DNA of 64,000 nt from Dehalococcoidia bacterium (lineage in GTDB: Bacteria; Chloroflexota; Dehalococcoidia; DSTF01; WHTK01). The stretch lies in assembly GCA_965225815.1 (NCBI GenBank), contig CBDDBP010000007.1, positions 426,496 through 490,495 of the forward strand, in the 5' to 3' direction. The notes beneath the pieces are model-generated. The model had not been told where the DNA came from. It was given only the letters and a program-made list of their open reading frames with translations, and ran no database searches. Both the position numbers and the translations under genes were made by a program. This document shows, one piece after another, positions 31,313 through 46,143 of this stretch (position 1 is the stretch's first letter; each line of letters begins with the position of its first letter).

Positions 31313-32188
31313 ATGGAAGCCGAGCCCAAGCCGCCTGGCCGTGGTATCGAGGTCAAACTCCTCGACTACACGTCCGACCCAATCCGGTCCCTCTATATGG
31401 CGTACCGAGTTGCTTATTCGGCCCTGACGCCGATCCAGATCGAGCAGCGCATAAGCGATGATCGCATTACGCGCGAGCAGATGCTGGACTTCATCGAGAA
31501 GCGCCTGGAGACAGGACACGCTTCGCCGCTGGAGCAGGTCTGGTTCGAATTCGGCATCTCCGGTGTCACGCGCGCGTTCAGCCATCAGTTCGTACGACAT
31601 CACATGGGCATCAGCTTCGAGCAGCAGAGCCAGCGTTACGTGACGTTCAAAGGCGGCGAATTCCCCTACACGGTGCCGGAATCGGTCAAGAAGGCGGGAC
31701 TGGATGGCGAGCTGAAGGCTGAGTTCGACCGGCTGGCGGAGCTCTACGACAGCATGGTCCAGGCGGGCGTACCGGCCGAGGATGCGCGCTTTGTCCTTCC
31801 GAACGCAACCAACACGAACTTCAAAGTGACGGTGAACCTCCTCGAACTGCTGCACATTGCCGACCTGCGGCTGTGCACGCGAGCGCAGTGGGAGTTTCGC
31901 AAGGTGGTGGCGCTAATGCGCGCCGAGGTGATGCGCGCGCTGCCGTTGCTCGGACGCTATATGCAACCGAAGTGTGGCGAGCACCGCCTCGGCTACTGCG
32001 ATGAGCCCTACGAGGACTGGCAGCGCTGTCCGATCGGCAAGAAGCGCCCGCACAAGACGGACCTCTTCGCGATCTATGAGGCGCACCGTCGTGGTGACTT
32101 CTTGCCGGTGGAGGTCGCCACCTCCAGCAACGAAGCGCTGGTTGAGGCCGATTTCAAGACCATCGAGGACGAAGACAGCAGCACGTAG
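31313..32188 (+). CDS. thyX: Flavin-dependent thymidylate synthase ThyX with a roughly 55-aa Cys/His-rich C-terminal extension
   Basis: ThyX motif RHHMGISFEQQSQRY (RHRx7-8S). The extra tail reads KCGEHRLGYCDEPYEDWQRCPIGKKRPH. Confidence 0.75.
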   Translation: MEAEPKPPGRGIEVKLLDYTSDPIRSLYMAYRVAYSALTPIQIEQRISDDRITREQMLDFIEKRLETGHASPLEQVWFEFGISGVTRAFSHQFVRHHMGISFEQQSQRYVTFKGGEFPYTVPESVKKAGLDGELKAEFDRLAELYDSMVQAGVPAEDARFVLPNATNTNFKVTVNLLELLHIADLRLCTRAQWEFRKVVALMRAEVMRALPLLGRYMQPKCGEHRLGYCDEPYEDWQRCPIGKKRPHKTDLFAIYEAHRRGDFLPVEVATSSNEALVEADFKTIEDEDSST

Positions 32189-32214
32189 CGCGACGGCGTA
32201 AAATACGAGGCGTT

Positions 32215-32442
32215 ATGGCTGAGAAACTTATCGTTTACACCACGCCCAACTGCAGTGCCTGCGACCGCGCGGTCGCCGACCTTACCTCGGACGGCGTCGA
32301 TTTCGAAGAGCGCAACGTCATGAAGAAAAAGGATTGGTACGACGAGGCCTTGAAGTACGCGATCACCGTCCCGATCGTGATTCAACCAGACGGCAAAGTG
32401 GAGTACGGCTGGAAGGGCAGCATTGGCTGCGCGATCTTCTAG
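32215..32442 (+). CDS. NrdH/glutaredoxin-like small redoxin
   Basis: 75 aa with a CSAC active site in the thioredoxin fold. Confidence 0.6.
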   Translation: MAEKLIVYTTPNCSACDRAVADLTSDGVDFEERNVMKKKDWYDEALKYAITVPIVIQPDGKVEYGWKGSIGCAIF

Positions 32443-32460
32443 CACGATTGCTCTGATTGC

Positions 32461-33087
32461 CTAGCTCAGGGGATCCCTGGACGGTTCGGTATCCGTCCTG
32501 AAGCTGGAGATTTCCGCCAGCTCCCTTTCGCGCTTCCTGTTGGCGGTGGCCGAAAGGCCCCAGGCCGCGACCGCGGTGACGGCCACCGAGAGGACGACGG
32601 AGCGATAGACGTAGAAGCCGCCCTGTGCGTCGAGCAGTCGAGAAATCGTCCCAAGCACCGGCACTTTCCCCACCAGCTCGCCGTTGACCTGCGAGGCACG
32701 AATCGGGAAGTCGGGTACCGGGACGTTGTCGCCCTGAGTTACAAGCGTGAGTTCGCCGGCCGGTCCCGGGCGCAGTTCGATGATGCGATGCATGATCTTG
32801 TGGTCGATAGCTTCGAAAACGACGACCTGGCCGACTTCCAGATCTGCTTCGCTGACGTCGCGAATCAGTACGACGTCACCGGACCTTAGCCCAGGCTCCA
32901 TGCTGATGCCGTTCGTGTGGGCGACCCTCAGGCCGATGAGTGGCGTGAAGGTAAATATCCCGCCGCTGATCAAAAGTGCAAGAACCACCGCGCTGGTGAG
33001 GATCATGCCGCGAAGAGTCAGGCGCCATGCAGTACGTAGCGCCTCAGGCGTTTGGCGTTGGGGTGCGGCGAAACTGGCGTCGTTCAA
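32461..33087 (-). CDS. Signal peptidase I, S26 family (SipW/ER-type)
   Basis: N-terminal TM segment followed by a GISMEPGL catalytic Ser box and a conserved His region (KIMHRI). Confidence 0.65.
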   Translation of the reverse strand: MNDASFAAPQRQTPEALRTAWRLTLRGMILTSAVVLALLISGGIFTFTPLIGLRVAHTNGISMEPGLRSGDVVLIRDVSEADLEVGQVVVFEAIDHKIMHRIIELRPGPAGELTLVTQGDNVPVPDFPIRASQVNGELVGKVPVLGTISRLLDAQGGFYVYRSVVLSVAVTAVAAWGLSATANRKRERELAEISSFRTDTEPSRDPLS

Positions 33088-33218
33088 AGGCTTCCTTGCC
33101 TGGACTCCAGCGGGGGGTGGTTGCGAAAGTGCCGCCGTAAGGCACCTACATCACGCTAAACGTAAACTCAGGACGAAACGTTGCAGGCGTGCCCTGAATG
33201 TGATGACTTGTTAATTTC

Positions 33219-33252
33219 GCAACAATAATGCATTTAAAGTTGCTAATTGTTG
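33219..33252. promoter_or_regulatory. Candidate SufR operator: inverted repeat GCAACAAT-N19-ATTGTTG overlapping a TTGACA -35 box
   Basis: AT-rich palindrome with CAAC/GTTG half-sites (the type reported for SufR operators) immediately upstream of sufR. Confidence 0.3.
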
Positions 33253-33286
33253 ACAATGGGGGCTTTGCACATCTAACCTGAGAGAC

Positions 33287-33958
33287 GTGGAGAGCACCCG
33301 AGACCAGATCTTACGTCAAATACGCGGCCATCGCGAGATGTCGGTAGCCCAACTGACCGAGTCACTAAAGCTCAGTCCGCAGGCTGTGCGCCGTCACCTC
33401 GACGGTCTGCGCGCCGACGCGCTGATCGACGTTCGCCAGGTGAGGCACGGTGTGGGGCGGCCATCGCTCGTCTTTTTCGTCACCGAGCGCGGCGAGGAGA
33501 TGGGTGGCCGTACGTACGTGCAGCTGCTGTCGCGCATGTTTCGCCATCTGGAGAAGCTCGACGCCGGCAAAATCAGCGGCGCAACAGGACGTCAGGTCGT
33601 CGACCAGGTCTTTTCTGGGATCGCGGAGGAAGTGGCCGCGGACCATCGCGCCGAAGTGCGAGGCGAAACGCTGGGCTTGCGCGTCGAAGAAGTCAGCCGC
33701 GCCCTGAATCAAGAAGGCATCGTAGACGGCTGGGAGAAGGATGGAGACGACTTTCACCTGGTCAACGGCGATTGCCCCTATCTCAAGCTCGCCGAGATGA
33801 GCGAAGCGGCCTGCCGCGCCGACCGTCACAGCATTGAGTTGCTGGTTGGAGCGCGGGTGGAGCAGACGCGACGAATCGTAGATGGAGCACCCTGCTGCGA
33901 ATACATCGTAAGGCCGCAGCCGGTTAGCCTCGTGGAGGAAATCAAGGAGCAAGGATGA
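33287..33958 (+). CDS. sufR: SufR-type transcriptional repressor of the suf operon (winged HTH plus C-terminal Cys cluster)
   Basis: N-terminal wHTH. The C-terminus GDCPYL…AACRADRH…APCCEY has the Cys ligands of a SufR Fe-S sensor. It sits directly upstream of sufCBD. Confidence 0.7.
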   Translation: MESTRDQILRQIRGHREMSVAQLTESLKLSPQAVRRHLDGLRADALIDVRQVRHGVGRPSLVFFVTERGEEMGGRTYVQLLSRMFRHLEKLDAGKISGATGRQVVDQVFSGIAEEVAADHRAEVRGETLGLRVEEVSRALNQEGIVDGWEKDGDDFHLVNGDCPYLKLAEMSEAACRADRHSIELLVGARVEQTRRIVDGAPCCEYIVRPQPVSLVEEIKEQG

Positions 33959-34752
33959 CAGACGGGGCAGTATTGCAGGTCGAAGGCCTGAAGGTCTCGG
34001 TCGAGGGGAAGCAGATCGTTAACGGCCTGGACCTGACGGTCCCTGCCGGTGAAGTCCACGCCCTCATGGGGCCAAACGGCTCCGGTAAGAGCACGCTGGC
34101 CAACACGCTGATGGGGCACCCTCACTACGAGGTGACCGCGGGCAGGGTCCTGCTCAAGGGCCACGACATCACGCATCTTCCGCCGAACGAACGTGCCAAG
34201 CGCGGCATGTTCCTGGCGATGCAATACCCGACATCGATCCCCGGCGTGACCATGGTCAACTTCCTGCGCGCCTCGATGAAGGCCGTGCAGGGCAAGGACA
34301 TCCCGGTGCGCGAATTTCGCGAGCGGCTCAATGAAGCTCTGGACGTGCTGAAGATGGACGAGTCCTTCGCGCGCCGCTACGTCAATGATGGGTTCTCCGG
34401 CGGCGAAAAGAAGCGCGCCGAAGTGCTGCAGATGAGCCTGTTGCGCCCGGTCATGGCCGTCATGGACGAGACTGACTCCGGCCTCGACATCGACGCGCTG
34501 CGGACCGTGTCGGATGGAATCAATACGCTACGAAGTCCGGAAACCGGCATCCTGCTGATTACGCACTACCAGCGCATCCTCAACTACGTGACGCCGGACC
34601 AAATTCACGTGCTGTACCGGGGCAAGATCGTCCGGTCTGGCGGACGTGAGCTGGCCGCGGAGCTCGAGGAAAAGGGCTACGACTGGATCACGAACGAAAT
34701 CGACGCTGCGGAAGGCGCCCTCAGCGGCGCCACGGAAAGTGAGAAGGCATGA
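33955..34752 (+). CDS. sufC: Fe-S cluster assembly ATPase SufC
   Basis: Walker [13 protein letters not shown] signature LSGGEKKR, and position in the operon. Confidence 0.9.
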   Translation: MTDGAVLQVEGLKVSVEGKQIVNGLDLTVPAGEVHALMGPNGSGKSTLANTLMGHPHYEVTAGRVLLKGHDITHLPPNERAKRGMFLAMQYPTSIPGVTMVNFLRASMKAVQGKDIPVREFRERLNEALDVLKMDESFARRYVNDGFSGGEKKRAEVLQMSLLRPVMAVMDETDSGLDIDALRTVSDGINTLRSPETGILLITHYQRILNYVTPDQIHVLYRGKIVRSGGRELAAELEEKGYDWITNEIDAAEGALSGATESEKA

Positions 34753-36170
34753 CCACTGAAAAAGCCGACGAAATCGTTAACGGCTACAAGTACGGCTGGC
34801 ATGACCCTGAATTCAAGCCGATCAATGAGGTCAAGAAGGGCCTCGACGCGAGCGTCGTCGCCCAGATCTCGGAAATAAAGAACGAGCCGCAGTGGATGCG
34901 CGACTTTCGGCTGAAATCACTGGACCACTTCGAGTCCAAGCCGATGCCCTACGGTGCGTTCTGGGGCGGTAGCATCGAGAACTACGACCTCGACTTCAAT
35001 GACATCTACTACTACGTCAAGCCCATGGAGGGTCAGGGACGTACGTGGGAAGAGGTCCCGGAGGAGATCAAGCGGACGTTCGACAAGCTCGGCATCCCTG
35101 AGGCGGAGCGCAAGTTCCTCGCCGGCGTCGGCGCCCAGTACGACTCCGAGGTCGTTTACCACAAGATCCGCGAGGACCTGGAGAAGCTCGGCGTCATCTT
35201 CGTCGACATGGATACGGGCCTTCGCGAGCACGAAGACCTTGTGCGTGAGTACTTCGGCACGATCGTTCCGCCGGCGGACAACAAGTTCTCGGCGCTGAAC
35301 TCCGCCGTCTGGTCGGGTGGCAGCTTCGTCTACGTCCCGGCCGGAGTAAAGGTGGACATCCCGCTGCAGGCTTACTTCCGGATCAACACGGAAAACATGG
35401 GCCAATTCGAGCGGACGCTGATCATCGCCGAAGAAGGCTCCTACATTCACTACGTCGAAGGCTGCACGGCGCCGACCTACAGCAACGACTCGTTGCACAG
35501 CGCCGTGGTCGAGATCGTCGTCAAGAAGGGCGCCCGCGTCCGCTACACGACGATCCAGAACTGGTCGAACAACGTTTACAACCTGGTGACCAAGCGCGCC
35601 ATGGCGTACCAGGACGCGGTCATGGAGTGGGTTGACGGTAACCTCGGCTCCAAGATCACGATGAAGTACCCCAGCGTCTACCTGATGGAGCCCGGCGCCC
35701 ACGGCGAGATCCTCTCGCTGGCGTTCGCCGGAGCGGACCAGCACCAGGACGCCGGTGGCAAGATCGTCCATGTCGCGCCTGACACCACCTCAACGATCAT
35801 CTCGAAGTCGATCAGCAGGGGAGGCGGGCGCACGAGCTATCGCGGCCTGCTGAAGGTGCACGACGGCGCCAAGAACGTGAAGTCCACCGTGCGTTGCGAC
35901 GCGCTGCTGCTGGACAAGGACTCGCGCTCCGACACCTATCCGGTGATGGAGATTGACGAGGAGCAGGTCAACATCGGTCACGAGGCTACGGTCAGCAAGG
36001 TGGGAGATGAGCAGCTCTTCTATCTGCAGAGCCGCGGCATTGATGAAACCGAAGCGATAAAAATGATCGTCAACGGCTTTGTGGAGCCGATCGTCAAAGA
36101 GCTGCCGATGGAATATGCCATCGAGCTCAACCGGCTGATCGAGCTCCAGATGGAAGGCTCCATCGGATAG
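34749..36170 (+). CDS. sufB: Fe-S cluster assembly protein SufB
   Basis: 473 aa. Conserved SufB C-terminal beta-helix motifs; start overlaps the sufC stop. Confidence 0.9.
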   Translation: MTTEKADEIVNGYKYGWHDPEFKPINEVKKGLDASVVAQISEIKNEPQWMRDFRLKSLDHFESKPMPYGAFWGGSIENYDLDFNDIYYYVKPMEGQGRTWEEVPEEIKRTFDKLGIPEAERKFLAGVGAQYDSEVVYHKIREDLEKLGVIFVDMDTGLREHEDLVREYFGTIVPPADNKFSALNSAVWSGGSFVYVPAGVKVDIPLQAYFRINTENMGQFERTLIIAEEGSYIHYVEGCTAPTYSNDSLHSAVVEIVVKKGARVRYTTIQNWSNNVYNLVTKRAMAYQDAVMEWVDGNLGSKITMKYPSVYLMEPGAHGEILSLAFAGADQHQDAGGKIVHVAPDTTSTIISKSISRGGGRTSYRGLLKVHDGAKNVKSTVRCDALLLDKDSRSDTYPVMEIDEEQVNIGHEATVSKVGDEQLFYLQSRGIDETEAIKMIVNGFVEPIVKELPMEYAIELNRLIELQMEGSIG

Positions 36171-36257
36171 CCGCGGAACGGCAGATAGGACATTGGGCAT
36201 CGCCGGTCGGTCCACGGACCGCTCTTAGGAGCCCTTGACACTGGATGCAGGTAAAGA

Positions 36258-37484
36258 ATGACAACTCGGGCTAATGCCCCCTCGATAACGGAAGCGACGG
36301 TCAGCGCTCTGTCTCAGAAGCTCAACGAGCCGGACTGGCTGCTGCAACGTCGTCTCGACGCACTACGTGCATTCGACGCGATGTCGATGCCGAACCCGCT
36401 CGATGAGGAGTGGCGTCGTACCGACTTGAAGCGCGTCGACCTGGAATCGGCCTTGGCCGCGACCGGCGAAGCGTCGGTGCAGCGAGTCTCGGATGGATTG
36501 CCGGAAAAGGTCGTGTTTAGCGACCTCTCAGAGGCGGCTTCGCGACACGAAGAGTTGGTCAAGCAGAACCTGCACGATCTGGTCAAACCGTCCGAGTGGA
36601 AGCTCAGCGCACTAGAGGCCTCGGCGTGGCAACAGGGAGCCCTGGTTCACGTGCCCGCCGGCGTCGAGGTTGAAGTGCCGCTGACCTATGCACTGGTCCA
36701 GGGCGGCGCGTCCCTCCTGTCGCATCTGTTGATCGTTGCTGAGCCTAATAGCAGCGTCACCGTGATCCGTGACTCATCGGGTGGGGCCACGTCGGGCGAG
36801 TCTTTAGCCTCAAGCGCCGTGGAGATCGTGGCTCGTCCCGACTCACGCGTCCGATTTGTCGACCTGCAGCGGATGAATGACGGCGCTTCGTCGTTCTCTA
36901 CGATCAGAGCCCGCCTGGAGCGCGGCGCCGAAGTGTCGGCGGCTCTACTTGGTCTCGGCGGAGCGCTAACGCGTACGAAGCTTGAAATCTCGCTGGCAGG
37001 CGAAGGCTCGCGAGCCGACATGCTCGGGCTCGGCTACGGCACCGGCGAGCAGCACTTCGACTACGTGACGCTGCAAGACCACATGGCTCCCCGTACCACG
37101 AGCGATCTGCTGTTCAAGGCAGCGCTGGACGGCGAATCGAGCATGGTCTGGAACGGGACGGCTCGAATTCAGAAAGACGCCGGCCAGAGCGAAGCGAACC
37201 AGACGAGTCGCAACCTGCTGCTCAGCGAACACGCCAAGGCGTCGCCGATACCAGTCCTGGAGATCGAGGCGTATGACGTCCTGCGTTGCAGCCACGGCGC
37301 CACGGCCGGGCCGCTGGACGAAGAACAGCGCTTCTACCTTGAATCGCGCGGTATCCCGCCGGTCGAGGCGCAGCAGTTTCTGGTTGAGGCCTTCTTCCGC
37401 GAGGTGCTCGATAAGCTGCCTGCCGGCGTGGATCAGGAAGCGATTGAGCGCCTGATCGCGAGCAAGCTGGGAGCGCAAGACTGA
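36258..37484 (+). CDS. sufD: Fe-S cluster assembly protein SufD
   Basis: SufB paralogue of about 408 aa positioned after sufB. Confidence 0.8.
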   Translation: MTTRANAPSITEATVSALSQKLNEPDWLLQRRLDALRAFDAMSMPNPLDEEWRRTDLKRVDLESALAATGEASVQRVSDGLPEKVVFSDLSEAASRHEELVKQNLHDLVKPSEWKLSALEASAWQQGALVHVPAGVEVEVPLTYALVQGGASLLSHLLIVAEPNSSVTVIRDSSGGATSGESLASSAVEIVARPDSRVRFVDLQRMNDGASSFSTIRARLERGAEVSAALLGLGGALTRTKLEISLAGEGSRADMLGLGYGTGEQHFDYVTLQDHMAPRTTSDLLFKAALDGESSMVWNGTARIQKDAGQSEANQTSRNLLLSEHAKASPIPVLEIEAYDVLRCSHGATAGPLDEEQRFYLESRGIPPVEAQQFLVEAFFREVLDKLPAGVDQEAIERLIASKLGAQD

Positions 37485-37792
37485 TGGCGTTCGAGTCTGT
37501 CTCAAAGACCGAGGACGTTCCGGCGGGCGCTGTGATGGTCCTCGAGATCGGCGGGCGCAGCATCGCGTTGTGCAACCTGGACGGATCGTTTTACGCAGTC
37601 GATAACGTTTGCACGCACGATGACGGGCCTCTGGGGGAAGGAAGCCTGTTCAACGGCTCCATCGAATGTCCGCGCCATGGCGCACGCTTCGACGTGCAGA
37701 CGGGCGCGGTCAAGGCGCTGCCGGCCGTGAGTCCCGTACGCACCTATCCTGTGCAGGTGGACGGTGAGGTGGTCAGTGTCGATGTCGGTTGA
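37484..37792 (+). CDS. Rieske [2Fe-2S] ferredoxin-like protein embedded in the suf operon
   Basis: CTHDDGPL…CPRHGARF (CxH…CxxH). ATGA overlap with sufD. Confidence 0.75.
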   Translation: MAFESVSKTEDVPAGAVMVLEIGGRSIALCNLDGSFYAVDNVCTHDDGPLGEGSLFNGSIECPRHGARFDVQTGAVKALPAVSPVRTYPVQVDGEVVSVDVG

Positions 37793-37808
37793 GCGAGGGA
37801 TACGAGCG

Positions 37809-39056
37809 ATGTTTGACGTGAACAAGGTCCGCGAGGACTTCCCAATATTGCGCCGCGAAGTGCACGGCAAGCCGCTGGTCTACCTGGACAACGCCGCAAC
37901 AACACAGAAGCCACGCCAGGTCATCGACGCCCTGGTGCACTACTACGAGAACAACAACGCCAACATCCACCGCGCCATTCACACACTGGGCGAGGAAGCG
38001 ACGTCAGCCTACGAAGCCGTGCGCGAGAAGACGGCTCGCTTCATCGGCTCACCCTACGGCGAACGAAGCATCGTCTTCACGCGAAACACGACGGAGGCGA
38101 TCAACCTGGTCTCCAATTCGTGGGGCCGCAAGTTCTTGAGCGAAGGTGACGAAATCGTCCTTACGGTGGCTGAACACCACAGCAACATGATCCCGTGGCA
38201 GCTTATTGCCAAGGAAACCGGCGCCAAGTTGCGCTACATCGATATCGATGACGAAGGACGCCTGCGCCGCGATCAGTTCGCCGAAGTCATCGGCCCCAAG
38301 ACGAAGCTGGTGACTCTGGCCCACGCATCCAACGTGCTCGGCATTCATCCGGTCCCCGAGTTGATCGCACTGGCGCACCAGCACAACGCCCTGGTCTTAC
38401 TGGACGGCGCGCAGAGTGTGCCTCACATGCCGGTCGATGTTGCCGAACTCGATTGCGACTTCCTGGCCTTCTCCGCGCACAAGATGTGCGGTCCCACAGG
38501 AGTCGGCGTGCTCTACGCTCGGCCCGAGCTTCTGGACGCGATACCGCCCTTCCTGGGTGGAGGCTCGATGATCTCACGAGTTCAGCTTGAGGAATCGACC
38601 TGGGCCGAGGTACCACACAAATTCGAAGCCGGCACGCCGAACATCGCCGATGTGATCGCGATGGGCGCGGCGATCGACTATCTAGAAGCCCTCGGTATGG
38701 AAAACGTCCGAGCCCACGAGCAGGAAATCACCGGCTACGCCATGGAGCGACTGTCCACCCTGCCTGAGGTGACGATCTACGGACCAAAGAACGTGGAGGA
38801 GCGCATCGGTGTGATCTCCTTCAACTACGGCGATATCCACGCGCATGACGTGAGTCAGGTGCTCGACACGCATGGTGTCGCGGTACGCGCGAGCCACCAT
38901 TGCGCTCAGCCGTTGATGCGACGCCTCGGTTGCGCCGCGACAGCACGGGCCAGCTTCTACATCTACAACACGAAGGCAGAGGTTGATACGCTTGTGTTGG
39001 CGCTGGAGGCGGCGGGGCAGTACTTCGCTGTTCAACAGGCGCCGGTGGCGCGTTAG
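37809..39056 (+). CDS. sufS: Cysteine desulfurase SufS (class V aminotransferase)
   Basis: PLP-lysine context FSAHKMCGPTGVGVLY; active-site Cys in RASHHCAQP. Confidence 0.85.
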   Translation: MFDVNKVREDFPILRREVHGKPLVYLDNAATTQKPRQVIDALVHYYENNNANIHRAIHTLGEEATSAYEAVREKTARFIGSPYGERSIVFTRNTTEAINLVSNSWGRKFLSEGDEIVLTVAEHHSNMIPWQLIAKETGAKLRYIDIDDEGRLRRDQFAEVIGPKTKLVTLAHASNVLGIHPVPELIALAHQHNALVLLDGAQSVPHMPVDVAELDCDFLAFSAHKMCGPTGVGVLYARPELLDAIPPFLGGGSMISRVQLEESTWAEVPHKFEAGTPNIADVIAMGAAIDYLEALGMENVRAHEQEITGYAMERLSTLPEVTIYGPKNVEERIGVISFNYGDIHAHDVSQVLDTHGVAVRASHHCAQPLMRRLGCAATARASFYIYNTKAEVDTLVLALEAAGQYFAVQQAPVAR

Positions 39057-39067
39057 AGACTATTGAG

Positions 39068-39529
39068 ATGAACTACCCGGAACCCAACCTCGATGACCTG
39101 TACCGAGATTTGATCCTCGATCACTACCGGCATCCGCGAAACCGCGGCAGCCTGGAGAATGCGACGGCGAAGGTCGACGGCTATAACCCGCTGTGTGGTG
39201 ACGAAATTGAGGTCGAACTGCTGCTTGATGACGACACCATCGAAGACGTGGCGTTCAAAGGCCACGGCTGTTCGATCAGCCAGGCGTCGAGCTCGATGAT
39301 GACGGACGCGGTAAAGGGACGCAGCAAGGCCGAGGCGCAGGCGCTGGTTGCTGCGTTCAAGCGCATGATGACGGACCCGGACCTTGAGCTTCCCGAGGAA
39401 CTCGGCGATCTCGAGGCATTTCAAGGCGTGGCGAAGTTCCCGGTCCGTGTGAAGTGCGCCACGCTGGCGTGGAACGTTCTGGAGCAGGGGCTGCAGGGCA
39501 ACGGCACGACACACATCGAAGAAAACTGA
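39068..39529 (+). CDS. sufU: SufU / NifU-like zinc-dependent sulfur transfer protein
   Basis: Conserved Cys/Asp contexts (NPLCGDE, GHGCSIS, KCATLAW). Confidence 0.8.
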   Translation: MNYPEPNLDDLYRDLILDHYRHPRNRGSLENATAKVDGYNPLCGDEIEVELLLDDDTIEDVAFKGHGCSISQASSSMMTDAVKGRSKAEAQALVAAFKRMMTDPDLELPEELGDLEAFQGVAKFPVRVKCATLAWNVLEQGLQGNGTTHIEEN

Positions 39530-39553
39530 TAGCATCGAAAAGCGGAGGAAGTC

Positions 39554-39874
39554 ATGACCCAGAGCACGACGGTAACCAGCGAAGCTGTGATGGAAGCCCT
39601 GATGCCGATTCAGGACCCGGAGATTCACCTCGGCATTGTTGACCTTGGCCTGATCTACGACGTGAAGGTCGATGATGACAACATGGTTGACGTAACGTTG
39701 ACGCTCACGACGCCGGCGTGCCCCCTTGCGCCGATGCTCATTGCGCAGATTCAGGACGCCGTGATGGAGCTCGAAGGCGTTCGGGACGTCAACGTAGACC
39801 TGACGTTCAGCCCGCCCTGGGATCCTCGTACGATGGCAAGCGACGAAATCAAGATGCAGTTGGGTATCTGGTAA
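39554..39874 (+). CDS. sufT: SufT / DUF59 metal-sulfur cluster assembly factor
   Basis: 106 aa. DPEIHLGIVDLGLIY…TPACP motif. GGAGGAAG ribosome-binding site. Confidence 0.7.
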   Translation: MTQSTTVTSEAVMEALMPIQDPEIHLGIVDLGLIYDVKVDDDNMVDVTLTLTTPACPLAPMLIAQIQDAVMELEGVRDVNVDLTFSPPWDPRTMASDEIKMQLGIW

Positions 39875-39955
39875 GCGGTAATTCGTTTCCTGTAATAGCC
39901 ATAATCAAGGTCTTGCGCGATCCTTGATATGAACTTATTATCGGTTCATTAGCTG

Positions 39956-39987
39956 GCCTGCCGCCTGGGCAGGCTGGTTTGATTTTT
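39956..39987 (+). terminator. Rho-independent terminator of the suf operon
   Basis: GCCTGCC-gcctg-GGCAGGC hairpin followed by TGGTTTGATTTTT. Confidence 0.55.
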
Positions 39988-40056
39988 AGACACGATACGC
40001 CCATTCTGCGGCGTCTGACCCCCGAAATTTCACAGGACATAATAACGAAGACTCAC

Positions 40057-44628
<4,572 letters not shown>

Positions 44629-44639
44629 AGGAATCCGTC

Positions 44640-46094
44640 TTGGGTGAGCCAGCCGGGTTTATGGATCGACCGCGCCAGCCTCCGCCGCGTCGTGATACGC
44701 AGGAGCGCATTCGCGATTACAACGAGTTCGTCTTGCAGTGGACGGAGGAAGACGCCCGCGGCCAGGGCGCCCGTTGTATGGACTGCGGTATCCCGTTCTG
44801 CCACAAGGGCTGCCCTCTGGGCAATGTGATCCCGGATTTCAACGACTTCGTCTCCAAGGGTCAGTGGGACAAAGCGCTGGCTGAGCTACACGCGACGAAC
44901 AACTTCCCGGAGTTCACCGGACGCATCTGTCCGGCGCCCTGCGAAGCTGCCTGTACTCTCGCGATCAACCAGGACCCGGTGACAATCGAGTACATCGAGA
45001 AAGCGATCGCTGACCGCGGCTGGGAAGAAGGCTGGATTACGCCCCAGCCGCCCGCAACGCGGACCGGCAAGACGGTCGCCGTGATCGGTTCTGGACCAGC
45101 AGGCATGGCGGCGGCGCAGCAGCTCAACCGTGCAGGCCATTCCGTGACGGTGTTTGAGCGCGCCAACTACATCGGTGGCCTGCTGCGTCTTGGCATCCCG
45201 GACTTCAAGCTCGACAAGCACCTCGTGGAACGCCGCGCTCAGCAGATGCGCGACGAAGGCATCACGTTTCGGACCGGCGTCAACGTCGGCGAGGACTACG
45301 CCGTAGCAGACCTGCAGGGCGATTTCGACGTCATCCTACTCTGCATCGGCTCGACGGTGCCGCGTAACCTGGATGTACCGGGCAGGGAACTAAGTGGTGT
45401 CCACTTCGCGATGGACTACCTGACGCAGCAGAACAAGCTTCTGGCTGGTGAAAGCTTCCCGGAAGCGGAGCGAATCAGCGCGGAGGGCAAGCGGGTCGTC
45501 ATCCTTGGTGGTGGAGACACGGGCGCTGACTGCCTGGCAACGGCGCACCGCCAGGGGGCGGAGATCGTGCGTCAGTTCGATATCATCCCGGAGCCTCCGG
45601 TTAATCGCGCCGCCGGCAATCCCTGGCCGCAGTGGCCGATCATCATGCGTCACTCCTATGCCCTCGACGAAGGCGGCAGCCTCGACTGGAGCGTCGGGAC
45701 GAAGTCGTTCTCCGGCAGCGACGGCCAGGTCGAGAAGCTGAACATGACGCGCCTGGACTGGAAGCCGGACGAGAACGGCCGGAACCAGATGTCGGAAGTT
45801 GACGGCAGCGAGTTCGGCGTGGACGCCGACCTCATCCTCCTGGCGATGGGATTCTTGCACCCGGAGAAGGGCGGCCTTGTTGAGGGCCTCGGCGTAGAGC
45901 TCGACCCGCGTGGCAACGTAAAAACGGATGCCAGCAAGATGAGCACGGTGCCCGGCGTCTTCGCCGCGGGGGATGCGTCTCGCGGCCAGTCTCTGGTCGT
46001 CTGGGCCCTGTCTGAGGGTCGTGAGGCAGCCCGCGGCATCGACCTCTACCTTATGGGTGAGACATCGCTGCCGCGCTCGCTCTCGAACGCCTGA
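44640..46094 (+). CDS. gltD: Glutamate synthase small subunit (NADPH)
   Basis: Fe-S Cys clusters (CMDCGIPFCHKGCPL) plus an FAD/NAD Rossmann motif VAVIGSGPAG. Confidence 0.9.
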   Translation: MGEPAGFMDRPRQPPPRRDTQERIRDYNEFVLQWTEEDARGQGARCMDCGIPFCHKGCPLGNVIPDFNDFVSKGQWDKALAELHATNNFPEFTGRICPAPCEAACTLAINQDPVTIEYIEKAIADRGWEEGWITPQPPATRTGKTVAVIGSGPAGMAAAQQLNRAGHSVTVFERANYIGGLLRLGIPDFKLDKHLVERRAQQMRDEGITFRTGVNVGEDYAVADLQGDFDVILLCIGSTVPRNLDVPGRELSGVHFAMDYLTQQNKLLAGESFPEAERISAEGKRVVILGGGDTGADCLATAHRQGAEIVRQFDIIPEPPVNRAAGNPWPQWPIIMRHSYALDEGGSLDWSVGTKSFSGSDGQVEKLNMTRLDWKPDENGRNQMSEVDGSEFGVDADLILLAMGFLHPEKGGLVEGLGVELDPRGNVKTDASKMSTVPGVFAAGDASRGQSLVVWALSEGREAARGIDLYLMGETSLPRSLSNA

Positions 46095-46143
46095 CAGACA
46101 GCTAAGGGCAACGCCCGCATGCCTCAGAAGCCTTTGCGCTTGC

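Noticed and set aside
39979-40056. A longer gltB N-terminus starting at 39979
   Set aside because: The propeptide preceding the catalytic Cys is normally short. The MSQDY… start leaves 31 residues before the Cys, which is already typical, and the upstream extension lies in AT-rich leader sequence.
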